Below are positions 17,957 through 26,526 of a stretch of DNA of 64,000 nt, piece after piece; the first letter of the stretch is position 1, and each line of letters opens with the position of its first letter. Source of the DNA: an uncultured Chloroflexia bacterium. Its GTDB lineage: Bacteria > Chloroflexota > Anaerolineae > Anaerolineales > E44-bin32. The notes beneath the pieces are model-generated. The model saw only the letters and a list, made by a program, of their open reading frames with translations. It searched no databases and was not told the origin of the DNA. Position numbers and translations under genes: made by a program. The DNA lies in the NCBI GenBank assembly GCA_963709925.1, contig CAVPYC010000003.1, forward strand, positions 42,061 through 106,060, written 5' to 3'.

Positions 17957-19456
17957 ATGCCCGATCCCACCGACCTGTCCCTGGTGGAGGCCGCCGCCGC
18001 CCTGCGCCAGGGTCGCCTCTCATCCATCGACCTGACCCGCGCCTGCCTCGACCGGATCGCCGCTCTCGACCCCTCCTTGCACGCATTCCTGGCGGTTGCG
18101 CCGCTGTCGGCCGAAGCCCAGGCGGCCGAAGCCGACCGGCGTCTGGCCGAATCGCGCCGCTCCGGCCGGTCGACCTCACCGGTGCTGGGGATACCACTGG
18201 CCGTCAAGGATGTCCTGTGTGTCCAGGCGCTGCCGGCCACCGCCGGCTCCCGAATTCTCGAAGGCTTCCGCCCACCCTACACCGCCACCAGCGTCGGACG
18301 CCTGGTCGAGGCAGGCGCGGTGGTTCTCGGCAAGACCAATACCGACGAGTTCGCCATGGGCTCATCCACCGAGAATTCCGCCTACGGGGTGACCCACAAT
18401 CCGTGGGCCCTCGACCGCGTGCCCGGCGGTTCGTCTGGCGGATCGGCGGCGGCGGTTGCGGCGCGCCTGTGTCCGGCGGCGCTGGGAACCGACACCGGCG
18501 GGTCGGTGCGGCAGCCGGCGGCGTTCTGCGGGGTGACCGGTCTCAAACCCACCTACGGCCGGGTGTCGCGTTACGGCCTGATCGCCTACGGATCGTCCCT
18601 CGATTCGGTCGGGGCGCTGGCGCGCTCGGCGGCCGACGTCGCCGCGGTCTTCTCGGTCATGGCCGGCCACGACCCGCTGGATTCGACCAGCCTGGCAGAA
18701 CCGCTTCCGCCCCTCGATCTGGAAGGACCGGTGCGCGGGCTGCGCCTGGGAGTCCCGGCGGAGTACTTCCTGGAGGGCATCCAGCCGGAAGTCGAGGCCG
18801 CCGTCCGAGGCGCGGTGGAGGTCTACCGCGATCTGGGAGTGGAAATCGTCGAGGTCTCCCTGCCCCACACCGATCTGGCCCTTCCGGTGTACTACCTGAT
18901 CGCGCCGGCCGAGGCCTCGGCCAACCTGGCGCGCTACGACGGGATTCGTTTCGGCCCGCGCCTCGAGCGGCTGGCCGCCACTCCTTCGAGGACCAATGAA
19001 CCGCCACTCATGGAACAGTACTTGGCCACCCGCGGCGGGTTGTTCGGAGAGGAAGTCAAGCGGCGGATCATGCTGGGCACCTACGCCCTATCGGCCGGTT
19101 ACTATGACGCCTACTACGGGCGGGCCCAGCGCGTGCGCACCTTGATCCGCCGCGATTTCGAGGCCGTCTTTGAGCAGGTCGATGCCCTTGCCTGCCCGGT
19201 GGCACCGACCACGGCTTTTCCGATCGGCGGCCACGGCGACGACCCGCTCTCGATGTACCTGGAAGACGTGTTCACCCTGCCCGCCAATCTGGCCGGGGTT
19301 CCCGGGCTGGCGCTGCCGGCCGGCTTCGACCAGGCCGGACTTCCCATCGGCATGCAGCTCAACGGGCCGCCGCTGGCGGAACCCCTGCTGCTCCGCCTTG
19401 GCCATGCCTACCAGCAGGCGACCGACTGGCACCGGGCCGCGCCGGCGCCCACCTAG
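17957..19456 (+). CDS. gatA: Asp-tRNA(Asn)/Glu-tRNA(Gln) amidotransferase subunit A
   Basis: The amidase signature is GGSSGGSAAAVAA...GTDTGGSVRQPAAFCG. KDVLCV and NTDEFAMGSS are also present. Confidence 0.92.
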   Translation: MPDPTDLSLVEAAAALRQGRLSSIDLTRACLDRIAALDPSLHAFLAVAPLSAEAQAAEADRRLAESRRSGRSTSPVLGIPLAVKDVLCVQALPATAGSRILEGFRPPYTATSVGRLVEAGAVVLGKTNTDEFAMGSSTENSAYGVTHNPWALDRVPGGSSGGSAAAVAARLCPAALGTDTGGSVRQPAAFCGVTGLKPTYGRVSRYGLIAYGSSLDSVGALARSAADVAAVFSVMAGHDPLDSTSLAEPLPPLDLEGPVRGLRLGVPAEYFLEGIQPEVEAAVRGAVEVYRDLGVEIVEVSLPHTDLALPVYYLIAPAEASANLARYDGIRFGPRLERLAATPSRTNEPPLMEQYLATRGGLFGEEVKRRIMLGTYALSAGYYDAYYGRAQRVRTLIRRDFEAVFEQVDALACPVAPTTAFPIGGHGDDPLSMYLEDVFTLPANLAGVPGLALPAGFDQAGLPIGMQLNGPPLAEPLLLRLGHAYQQATDWHRAAPAPT

Positions 19457-19469
19457 GGAGGTTCCTCCC

Positions 19470-20465
19470 ATGAAAGTTGTCATCCCGATGGCCGGCTACG
19501 GCACCCGCCTGCGGCCGCACACCTGGTCGAAGCCCAAGCCGATGGTGACGGTCGCCGGCAAGCCCGTTCTGGGCCATGTGCTCGACACCTTCGCCGGCCT
19601 GCCCTCGATCGACGAGGTGGTCTTCATCGTCGGCTACCTCGGCCAGCAGGTTGAGACCTACGTCCAGCAGGCGTACCCGGGCCTGCCGGCCCGCTACATC
19701 GAGCAGCGCGAGATGCTCGGCCAGTCGCACGCCCTGTGGCTGGCCCGCGAACACCTGGCCGGTCCGCTGCTGGTGATCTTCGTCGACACCCTGATCGAAG
19801 TCGATCTGGCGCGCCTGGCCGACGAAAGGGCGGGCGCCGTGGTCTACGTCAAGGCGGTCTCCGACCCGCGGCGCTTCGGTGTGGCCGAGGTCGAAGGAAA
19901 AGGGCGCGTCACGCGCCTGATCGAGAAACCCGACGATGTCTCCAACAACCTGGCCGTCGTCGGCCTGTACTACTTCCGCCAGGCCGCCGATCTGCTGGCC
20001 GCCATCGAGAGCCAGATGCAGCAGGGCCACCAGCTCCAGGGCGAATACTTCCTGGCCGACGCCATCAACATCATGCTCGAGCGCGGCCTCGACATGCGGG
20101 CCGAGACGGTCGACGTCTGGATGGACTGCGGCAAGCCCGAGACTCTGCTGGAGACCAACCGCTACCTGCTCGAGCACGGCCGCGACAACTCGACCGCAGC
20201 CGCCACGCGCCAGGATGTGCTGATCGTGCCTCCGGTTTACGTCGACCCGTCGGCCAAGATTCGCCATGCCGTGGTCGGGCCGCATGTCACCATCGGCGCC
20301 GGCTGCGTCATCGAACGATCGGTGCTGCAGGACTCGATCATCGACGCCGGGTCCCAGATCGTCGACACCATGCTGTCCCAGTCCCTGATCGGGCGCGAGG
20401 CGCGGGTGATCGGGCGCTACCGCTCGCTGAACGTCGGCGATTCGTCCGACATCGGCTTCGCCTAG
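19470..20465 (+). CDS. Sugar-phosphate nucleotidyltransferase with C-terminal hexapeptide-repeat domain
   Basis: MKVVIPMAGYGTRLRP carries the GxGTR motif. The C-terminus has a left-handed beta-helix-like stretch, VVGPHVTIGAGCVIERSVLQDSIIDAG. An AGGGAGG Shine-Dalgarno sequence precedes the ATG. Confidence 0.8.
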   Translation: MKVVIPMAGYGTRLRPHTWSKPKPMVTVAGKPVLGHVLDTFAGLPSIDEVVFIVGYLGQQVETYVQQAYPGLPARYIEQREMLGQSHALWLAREHLAGPLLVIFVDTLIEVDLARLADERAGAVVYVKAVSDPRRFGVAEVEGKGRVTRLIEKPDDVSNNLAVVGLYYFRQAADLLAAIESQMQQGHQLQGEYFLADAINIMLERGLDMRAETVDVWMDCGKPETLLETNRYLLEHGRDNSTAAATRQDVLIVPPVYVDPSAKIRHAVVGPHVTIGAGCVIERSVLQDSIIDAGSQIVDTMLSQSLIGREARVIGRYRSLNVGDSSDIGFA

Positions 20466-20806
20466 CCGGCACCCCGGCCGCACGAGGACTCCCTGTGGTC
20501 ACCACTTACAGAAGTCGCGACGGCCGGCTTGAGACGGTTGGCGAGATGACCGACGGCTGCCGGGTCGGTCCGCTCGGTCGGCAGTCGGCCGAAGGCTCTT
20601 GTGGCTATACTTGCGCCGACCCGCCGATCGCCGCCATCCAGGCAGGGTGGCGGGCGCCCGGAGGACGGAGATTCCGCGTGCGGACCGACGACGGGCGCCA
20701 CTTCCAGTTGGCCCGCGGCCACCTGTACCCTACAGGCCGGATCCGCCAGTCGCCATGACGCAACCCCTCCCGGCCAGGTCCCTGCTTCGATCCGAGGCCC
20801 CCGCGT

Positions 20807-21967
20807 ATGCGTGACTTCGTCTCCCGCCGAGTCGCCGCCGTCGCCCCTTCCGGCATCCGGCGCTTCTTCGACATCGCCGCCACGATGGACGACGTGATCT
20901 CGCTGGGGATCGGCGAGCCCGACTTCACCACCCCCGAACCCATCCTGCAAGCGGGCATCCAGTCTCTAGAGCACGGCGACACGCACTACACCTCGAATTC
21001 GGGAACACTCGAACTGCGCCAGGCCGTCGCCGATTATCTGCGTACGAGCTACGGGGTGGACTACGACGCCCGGGCCGAGGTGCTGATCACCGTCGGGGTC
21101 TCGGAGGCGCTATACCTGGCCCTGACCGCGGTGCTCGACCCCGGCGACGAGGTGATCGTGCCCACCCCCTGCTTCGTGGCCTACCAGCCGGAGGTGGTGT
21201 TCGCCGGCGGGGTCCCGGTGGCGCTGCCCACCCGGGTCGAAGACGCCTTCCAGGTGCGGGCCGAAGCCGTGGAGGCCCTGATCACGCCCCGCACCAAGGC
21301 CCTCTTGATCGGCTACCCCAACAACCCGACCGGCGCCGTGATGTCTCGCCAGAATCTGCTGGAGCTCTCGCAGGTAGCCGAGCGCCACGACCTGCTGGTG
21401 GTCTCGGACGAGATCTACGACCAGCTGGTGTACGGCGACCACCAGCACGTCTGCTTCGCCTCCCTGCCGGGGATGCTCCCGCGTACCGTCACCCTGGGAG
21501 GTTTTTCCAAGAACTACGCCATGACCGGCTGGCGAATCGGTTACGCCGCCGCGCCGGCGGCCGTGCTGGCCGAACTGCGCAAGGTGCATCAGTACACCAT
21601 CATGTCGGCCCCCACCACCGCCCAGGCGGCCGCCCTGCACGCCATGCAGCACGGGGCGCCGCACGTCGAGGCGATGGTCGCCGAATACGACCGGCGCCGC
21701 CGCCTGATCGTCGCCGGGCTGAACGAGCTCGGCTTGCCCACCTTCGAGCCCCTGGGCGCCTTCTACGCGTTCCCCTCGATCTCCGCCAGCGGCCTGAGCG
21801 ACGAGGCCTTTGCCGAACGGCTGCTCCAGGAGGAGCGGGTGGCGGTGGTGCCCGGCAACGCCTTCGGCGCCGACGGGGCCTTTGTCCGATGCTCCTATGC
21901 CACCGCCTACGAGAAGATCGAAGAGGCCCTCGAGCGCATCCGTCGCTTCATGCAACGGCACGGATGA
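20807..21967 (+). CDS. Class I/II pyridoxal-phosphate aminotransferase (aspartate/aromatic type)
   Basis: GGFSKNYAMTGWRIGY carries the PLP lysine motif. IGEPDF and NPTG are present. The ORF is intact at 386 aa. Confidence 0.85.
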   Translation: MRDFVSRRVAAVAPSGIRRFFDIAATMDDVISLGIGEPDFTTPEPILQAGIQSLEHGDTHYTSNSGTLELRQAVADYLRTSYGVDYDARAEVLITVGVSEALYLALTAVLDPGDEVIVPTPCFVAYQPEVVFAGGVPVALPTRVEDAFQVRAEAVEALITPRTKALLIGYPNNPTGAVMSRQNLLELSQVAERHDLLVVSDEIYDQLVYGDHQHVCFASLPGMLPRTVTLGGFSKNYAMTGWRIGYAAAPAAVLAELRKVHQYTIMSAPTTAQAAALHAMQHGAPHVEAMVAEYDRRRRLIVAGLNELGLPTFEPLGAFYAFPSISASGLSDEAFAERLLQEERVAVVPGNAFGADGAFVRCSYATAYEKIEEALERIRRFMQRHG

Positions 21968-22063
21968 GCCTCGCCCCCGGGCGGGGCCGCTCTCGGCCGA
22001 GCAGCGCACGCCCTCTCGCCCCGCCGGTCTGAAAACTCGCCGCACCGCAGAGTCGACAGCCCG

Positions 22064-22072
22064 TGTCATAAT
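22064..22072 (+). promoter_or_regulatory. Extended -10 box TGTCATAAT 7 nt upstream of the gatB ATG (leaderless-type)
   Basis: tgtCATAAT is followed by ccagacc and then ATG (22080). No Shine-Dalgarno sequence is present. Confidence 0.45.
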
Positions 22073-22079
22073 CCAGACC

Positions 22080-23543
22080 ATGCCCGTCTTCGAGCCCGTA
22101 ATCGGCCTGGAGGTCCACGTCGAGCTCCAGACGCGCACCAAGATGTTCTGCGGATGCGCGGTTGTCGATCCGGGCGTCGCTGAGCCGAACCGCTCCGTGT
22201 GCGAAATCTGCACCGGTCAACCCGGCACGCTCCCCGCCATCAACCGCCAGGCCGTTGCGTTGGCCCTGCGCGCGGCGCTGGCCCTGGGATCCTCGGTCGC
22301 CCAGAGGAGCCTGTTCGCCCGCAAGAACTACTTCTACCCGGATCTGCCCAAGGGTTTCCAGATTTCGCAATACGAAACCCCCCTGGCGGACGGCGGCGCC
22401 CTGTCCGTCCCCTTCGCCGATGGCGAGCGGCCGGTCCGGATTCGCCGGGTGCATCTCGAGGAAGACACCGGCAAGCTCGTCCATCGTCCCGACGACTCCC
22501 TGGTCGACTACAACCGGGCGGGCGTTCCCCTGCTGGAAATCGTCACCGAGCCCGATCTGACCTCGCTGGACGAGGCCAAGGCCTTCGCCACCGAACTGCG
22601 CTCCCTGCTGCGGACGCTGGGCGTCACCAGCGGCGACATGGAGAAGGGCGCCGTCCGCTTCGAGGCCAATGTCTCGCTCCGCCGGGCCGGGCGGGCCGAG
22701 CTGGGCACGCGCACCGAGATCAAGAACTTGAACTCGTTCCGGGCGATGGCCCGGGCGTTGGCCTTCGAGCTGGAGCGTCAGGAGCGGCTGCTGGCCGAGG
22801 GCCGGGAGGTGGACCAGGAGACGCTCGGCTGGGACGACGACGCCGGCCGAACCGTAGCCCAGCGCGGCAAGGAAGACGCTCACGACTACCGCTACTTCCC
22901 CGAGCCCGACCTCCCGCCCCTGCTGGTGGGCCACGAATGGCTGGACGAAGCCCGACGGTCGTTGCCCGAGCTGCCGGTGGACCGCCGGCGTCGCCTTCGG
23001 GAGGGCTACGGCCTTGCGGCTCCCCTCGCCGCCCAGCTGGTCGAGGATCCCGCCGTCGCCGACTTCTTCGAGGCGGCCGCCGCCGCCGCCCCGTCGGTGC
23101 CTCCCCTGCGCCTGGCTTACTGGATCACGGGCGACCTGTTCGGACTGCTCAACCAGTCGGCCGCCTCGATCGCCTCCTCCCGGATCTCCCCGGGGGCGCT
23201 GGCCGAGCTGGTGACCCTGGTCGAAGAGGATGCCATCAGCCCCCCGACGGCCAAATCCCTTCTGCCGCGGCTCTTCGCCGACGGAGGAAGCCCGAAGGCC
23301 ATCGTCGCTGCGGAAGGGCTCGGACAACTGGCCGACCCGGCGGAAGTCGACTCCCTGGTGCGCCAGGTCCTGGCCGACCACCCGTCCCAGGTGCTCGAGT
23401 ACCGCCAGGGAAAGCCGGCGATTGAGCAGTGGTTGTTCGGTCAGGTCATGCGTCGGGCCGGCGGGCGGAGCAAGCCGCTCCTGGTGAAAGAGCGCCTGCG
23501 GTTGCTGCTCGACTCTCCAGACCAGGCTCGCTCGCCGGGGTGA
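22080..23543 (+). CDS. gatB: Asp-tRNA(Asn)/Glu-tRNA(Gln) amidotransferase subunit B
   Basis: The N-terminus reads MPVFEPVIGLEVHVELQTRTKMFCGC. YFYPDLPKGFQISQ and VHLEEDTGK are present, along with a C-terminal YqeY-like tail. Confidence 0.92.
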   Translation: MPVFEPVIGLEVHVELQTRTKMFCGCAVVDPGVAEPNRSVCEICTGQPGTLPAINRQAVALALRAALALGSSVAQRSLFARKNYFYPDLPKGFQISQYETPLADGGALSVPFADGERPVRIRRVHLEEDTGKLVHRPDDSLVDYNRAGVPLLEIVTEPDLTSLDEAKAFATELRSLLRTLGVTSGDMEKGAVRFEANVSLRRAGRAELGTRTEIKNLNSFRAMARALAFELERQERLLAEGREVDQETLGWDDDAGRTVAQRGKEDAHDYRYFPEPDLPPLLVGHEWLDEARRSLPELPVDRRRRLREGYGLAAPLAAQLVEDPAVADFFEAAAAAAPSVPPLRLAYWITGDLFGLLNQSAASIASSRISPGALAELVTLVEEDAISPPTAKSLLPRLFADGGSPKAIVAAEGLGQLADPAEVDSLVRQVLADHPSQVLEYRQGKPAIEQWLFGQVMRRAGGRSKPLLVKERLRLLLDSPDQARSPG

Positions 23544-23570
23544 ATGACGTCACTTGTCCCGCACAGAACC

Positions 23571-23607
23571 CCCGCTCTACTCTGAGAGCGGGCCGGCTCG
23601 CCGGCCC
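23571..23607 (+). terminator. Two overlapping GC-rich hairpins after gatB (candidate terminator, no clear U-tract)
   Basis: Hairpin 1 pairs cccgctc (23571..23577) with gagcggg (23586..23592). Hairpin 2 is the palindrome gggccggc-tc-gccggccc at 23590..23607. Confidence 0.3.
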
Positions 23608-23656
23608 CTGATTCCGAGATCGGCGGGGCGCCGCCCCGACCCCCTAGGAGACCCTT

Positions 23657-24931
23657 GTGAACGCATTTGAAATGGCACAGGCCCAGTTCGACAGCGCCGC
23701 CCGCAAGATCGACCTCGATCCGGGGATCTCGTCGGTGTTGCGCTGGCCGCTGCGCGAGTTCCGCTTCCAGATCCCGGTGCGGATGGACGACGGCTCGATC
23801 AGCGTGTTCTTCGGCTACCGGGTGCAGCACAACGACGCCCGTGGGCCTGCCAAGGGCGGCATCCGCTTCCACCCGAGCGAGACCCTCGACACCATCCGGG
23901 CCCTGGCCATGTGGATGACCTGGAAGTGCGCCGTCGCCGACATCCCTCTGGGTGGAGGCAAGGGCGGCGTGGCCGTCGACCCGGCCACGCTCAGTGTCGG
24001 CGAGCAGGAACGGCTGTGTCGGGGCTGGATCGACCAGATCTGGAAGAACATCGGCCCGCGCCTGGACGTGCCGGCGCCGGACGTCGGCACGTCGCCCAAG
24101 ATGATGGGCTGGATGATGGACGAGTACACCAAGCTGGTCGGCGCTTACACCCCGGGCGTGATCACCGGCAAACCGGTCGGCGCCGGCGGCTCGCTGGGAC
24201 GCACGGAAGCCACCGGGTTTGGCGTGATCTACACCTTGCGCGAGGCCCTGCGTCACCTCGGCCTGAAGTCCTCCGGCCTGACGGCGTCGCTCCAGGGTTT
24301 CGGCAATGTCTCTCAGTACGCCGCCAGCGCCTTTGTCGAGCAGCTGGGAGGCAAGGTGGTCGCGGTATCGTGCTGGGACCGGCACGACCGGGCAGCACAT
24401 AGCTTCCTCAGGCCCGCCGGCGTCGATTCCGCCTTCCTGCAAAGCATCACCGACGCTTACGGGACGATCGACAAGGAGCAGGCGCACAAGGCCGGTTACA
24501 CCGTCGCCGAAGCCGACGCCTGGCTGTCCCAGGAGGTCGACGTCTTGATCCCCTCCGCCATCGAAGGGCAGATCACCGCCGAAACCGTCGGGCAGATCAG
24601 CCCGCGGGTCCGGCTGGTGGCGGAAGGCGCCAACGGCCCCACCACCCCCGAGGCCGACGCCGTCCTGGAGGAGAAGGGGGTATTCGTGATCCCGGATTTC
24701 TTGTGCAACGCCGGGGGGGTCACCGTGTCGTATTTCGAGGGTGTGCAGAACGACATGAACTTCTATTGGGACCGGGACGAAGTCCTCGGTCGCCTCGACC
24801 AGAAGCTCAGCCTCGCCTTCCAGGCGGTGTTCGACATGTCCAAGGCGAAAGACGTCTCAATGCGGAACGCCGCTTACATAGTGGCCATCGATCGGGTAGT
24901 CAGGGCAATGGAATTCCGGGGTTGGATGTAA
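23657..24931 (+). CDS. gdhA: Glutamate dehydrogenase (Glu/Leu/Phe/Val dehydrogenase family)
   Basis: PAKGGIRFHP, PLGGGKGGV and GFGNVS (the NAD(P) fold) are present. The start is GTG with a TAGGAGA Shine-Dalgarno sequence. Confidence 0.9.
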   Translation: MNAFEMAQAQFDSAARKIDLDPGISSVLRWPLREFRFQIPVRMDDGSISVFFGYRVQHNDARGPAKGGIRFHPSETLDTIRALAMWMTWKCAVADIPLGGGKGGVAVDPATLSVGEQERLCRGWIDQIWKNIGPRLDVPAPDVGTSPKMMGWMMDEYTKLVGAYTPGVITGKPVGAGGSLGRTEATGFGVIYTLREALRHLGLKSSGLTASLQGFGNVSQYAASAFVEQLGGKVVAVSCWDRHDRAAHSFLRPAGVDSAFLQSITDAYGTIDKEQAHKAGYTVAEADAWLSQEVDVLIPSAIEGQITAETVGQISPRVRLVAEGANGPTTPEADAVLEEKGVFVIPDFLCNAGGVTVSYFEGVQNDMNFYWDRDEVLGRLDQKLSLAFQAVFDMSKAKDVSMRNAAYIVAIDRVVRAMEFRGWM

Positions 24932-25258
24932 GCATTCACCGGTTACTCAACCAGCATCCTTCTCCCCAGAGGGAAAGAGGATAGTAGTAGTCGTAGGGGC
25001 TGTGGGATCGGGGGAGAAAGGGCTGCGGGAAGAAAGGACCGCCACGAGGAGAGGCCCGGGGAGCGGCGCCCCCCAGAAGCACGGGGAAGACGGACAAGAT
25101 CGCTCCACAGCCTCCATGTGAGGCGATTGCGGACGAAAGGGACGCCTCGCCAGCGAGAAAGGGCGTTCCACTACCCGTGGCGGTGTGCAGTACATGTTGC
25201 CCCATATATAAGGAAGAAGACGATGGTCCCGGGGAGAGCTATCCCCAGCGCAGAGGCG

Positions 25259-25288
25259 TAATCCACAGTTTCGGGCCTGTTATCCACA
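25259..25288 (+). promoter_or_regulatory. Two DnaA-box-like 9-mers in direct orientation
   Basis: TAATCCACA lies at 25259..25267 and TTATCCACA (a perfect consensus) at 25280..25288. Their starts are 21 nt apart. The second abuts the AGGAGGG Shine-Dalgarno sequence of the downstream GTPase gene. Confidence 0.35.
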
Positions 25289-25298
25289 GGAGGGCCGC

Positions 25299-26519
25299 TT
25301 GGACGGGCCGCCAGATCGCCAGGGAGAGTCTCGCCGAAGCTGGACGGACCCCCTCAAAGCAGCCTGGGAAGGCATCCCCGAGAGCCAGCGCCGGAACCTG
25401 GAGCGGATTGTTGGGCTTGCTCCGGGGACATTTCGCCGCTGGAAGGGCCTCCTGGAGTCCGCCGCCGACCACCTGCGCCTCACTGCGGGAGACCGGCAGC
25501 GCGTCGCGATCGTCGGCCCGCCGAACGCGGGGAAGTCGACGCTCTACAACCGGCTGATTCTCGGCGGGCAGCAGAGAGCGGAAGTCGGGCCGGAGCCGGG
25601 CACCACCCGGGTCGCCCAGGAAGGCGACGCCGGCCTGTTCTCGATCGTCGATACCCCGGGGGCATCGTCCGAGGGAGGCGAAGGACTGGAGCGGGCGGTT
25701 GAGGCCGCCCTCGGTGCCGACGTGGTGCTGGCCCTCTTCGACGCCACCTCCCTCCCCGACGAAGCCGACCGCGAGTTGCTGCGCCACCTGCTCCAGGGGG
25801 GGAAACCGTGGGTGGCGGCAATCAACAAGATGGACCTGATCCGGAAGGATCGGGCGGCGCTGGCGGGAGCGGCGGCGGGAGCCCTGGGCCTGGGGGCCGA
25901 AGAGTTGATCCCGGTCAGCGCCAAGTCCGGGGAGGGGCTGGAGCGGCTGCTCGGGGAGGTGGCGCGGCGAGAGCCCGAAATCGTCGTGGCCCTCGGAAGG
26001 GCGCTGCCCGCTTACCGCGACGCCCTGGCCGCGGCTGCCGTCCGGCGGGCGGCCTCGACCGCCGCGGCCATTGCCCTGACGCCGTTGCCCATGCTCGACT
26101 TCATCCCACTGGTCGCGGTGCAGTCGGCCCTGGTGCTCGGTCTGGCGCGGATCTATGACTACCGGATCACACCGGCCCGTGCCCGTGAGTTGATCGCAAC
26201 CCTTGGGGTTGGCCTGCTCGGTCGCACCCTGTTCCATGAACTGGCCAAGCTCAGCGGCCCGCCCGGGTGGCTGGTGGCGGCCGCAGTGGCGGCCGGGACG
26301 ACATCGGCCCTGGGTGCGGCAGCCTCCGCCTGGTTCTCGAAAGGCGAGCGGCTTTCGCAAGACCGCATCCGGCGTCTCTCCGAGTCGGTGAGCCAGAGCC
26401 TGGTGATGCGTCTCGGCCGACGACGCCCCCGGCGCCAGGAGCTCGAGCGCCAGGTCCGTATCGTCCTGGAGGAGACACCGCCCAAGGCGCCGGAAGCCGA
26501 ACAGGACGGCGGACTATAA
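25299..26519 (+). CDS. GTP-binding protein with C-terminal DUF697-like membrane-associated domain
   Basis: G1 is GPPNAGKST, G3 is DTPG and G4 is NKMD. The C-terminal half is hydrophobic (LTPLPMLDFIPLVAVQSALVLGLARIY). The TTG start is the only in-frame start and has an AGGAGGG Shine-Dalgarno sequence. Confidence 0.75.
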   Translation: MDGPPDRQGESRRSWTDPLKAAWEGIPESQRRNLERIVGLAPGTFRRWKGLLESAADHLRLTAGDRQRVAIVGPPNAGKSTLYNRLILGGQQRAEVGPEPGTTRVAQEGDAGLFSIVDTPGASSEGGEGLERAVEAALGADVVLALFDATSLPDEADRELLRHLLQGGKPWVAAINKMDLIRKDRAALAGAAAGALGLGAEELIPVSAKSGEGLERLLGEVARREPEIVVALGRALPAYRDALAAAAVRRAASTAAAIALTPLPMLDFIPLVAVQSALVLGLARIYDYRITPARARELIATLGVGLLGRTLFHELAKLSGPPGWLVAAAVAAGTTSALGAAASAWFSKGERLSQDRIRRLSESVSQSLVMRLGRRRPRRQELERQVRIVLEETPPKAPEAEQDGGL

Positions 26520-26520
26520 T
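26515..26520 (+). promoter_or_regulatory. TATAAT box 6 nt upstream of the GTG start at 26527 (leaderless-type); it overlaps the stop codon of the GTPase gene
   Basis: The sequence reads ggacTATAATccggccGTG. The TAA stop at 26517..26519 lies inside the hexamer. Confidence 0.4.
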
Positions 26521-26526
26521 CCGGCC

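Noticed and set aside
24990-25030. A tmRNA-like 5' string, GGGGCTGTGGGATCGGGGG, in the gdh-GTPase spacer.
   Set aside because: No tRNA-like 3' end (a GGTTCGAATCC-type T-loop or CCA-proximal acceptor) and no tag-peptide reading frame could be found within 400 nt on either strand.
25259-25288. The replication origin (oriC).
   Set aside because: There are only two DnaA-box-like sites and a very short AT island. No dnaA, dnaN or gidA context is present. I kept it as a regulatory-site finding, not as an origin.
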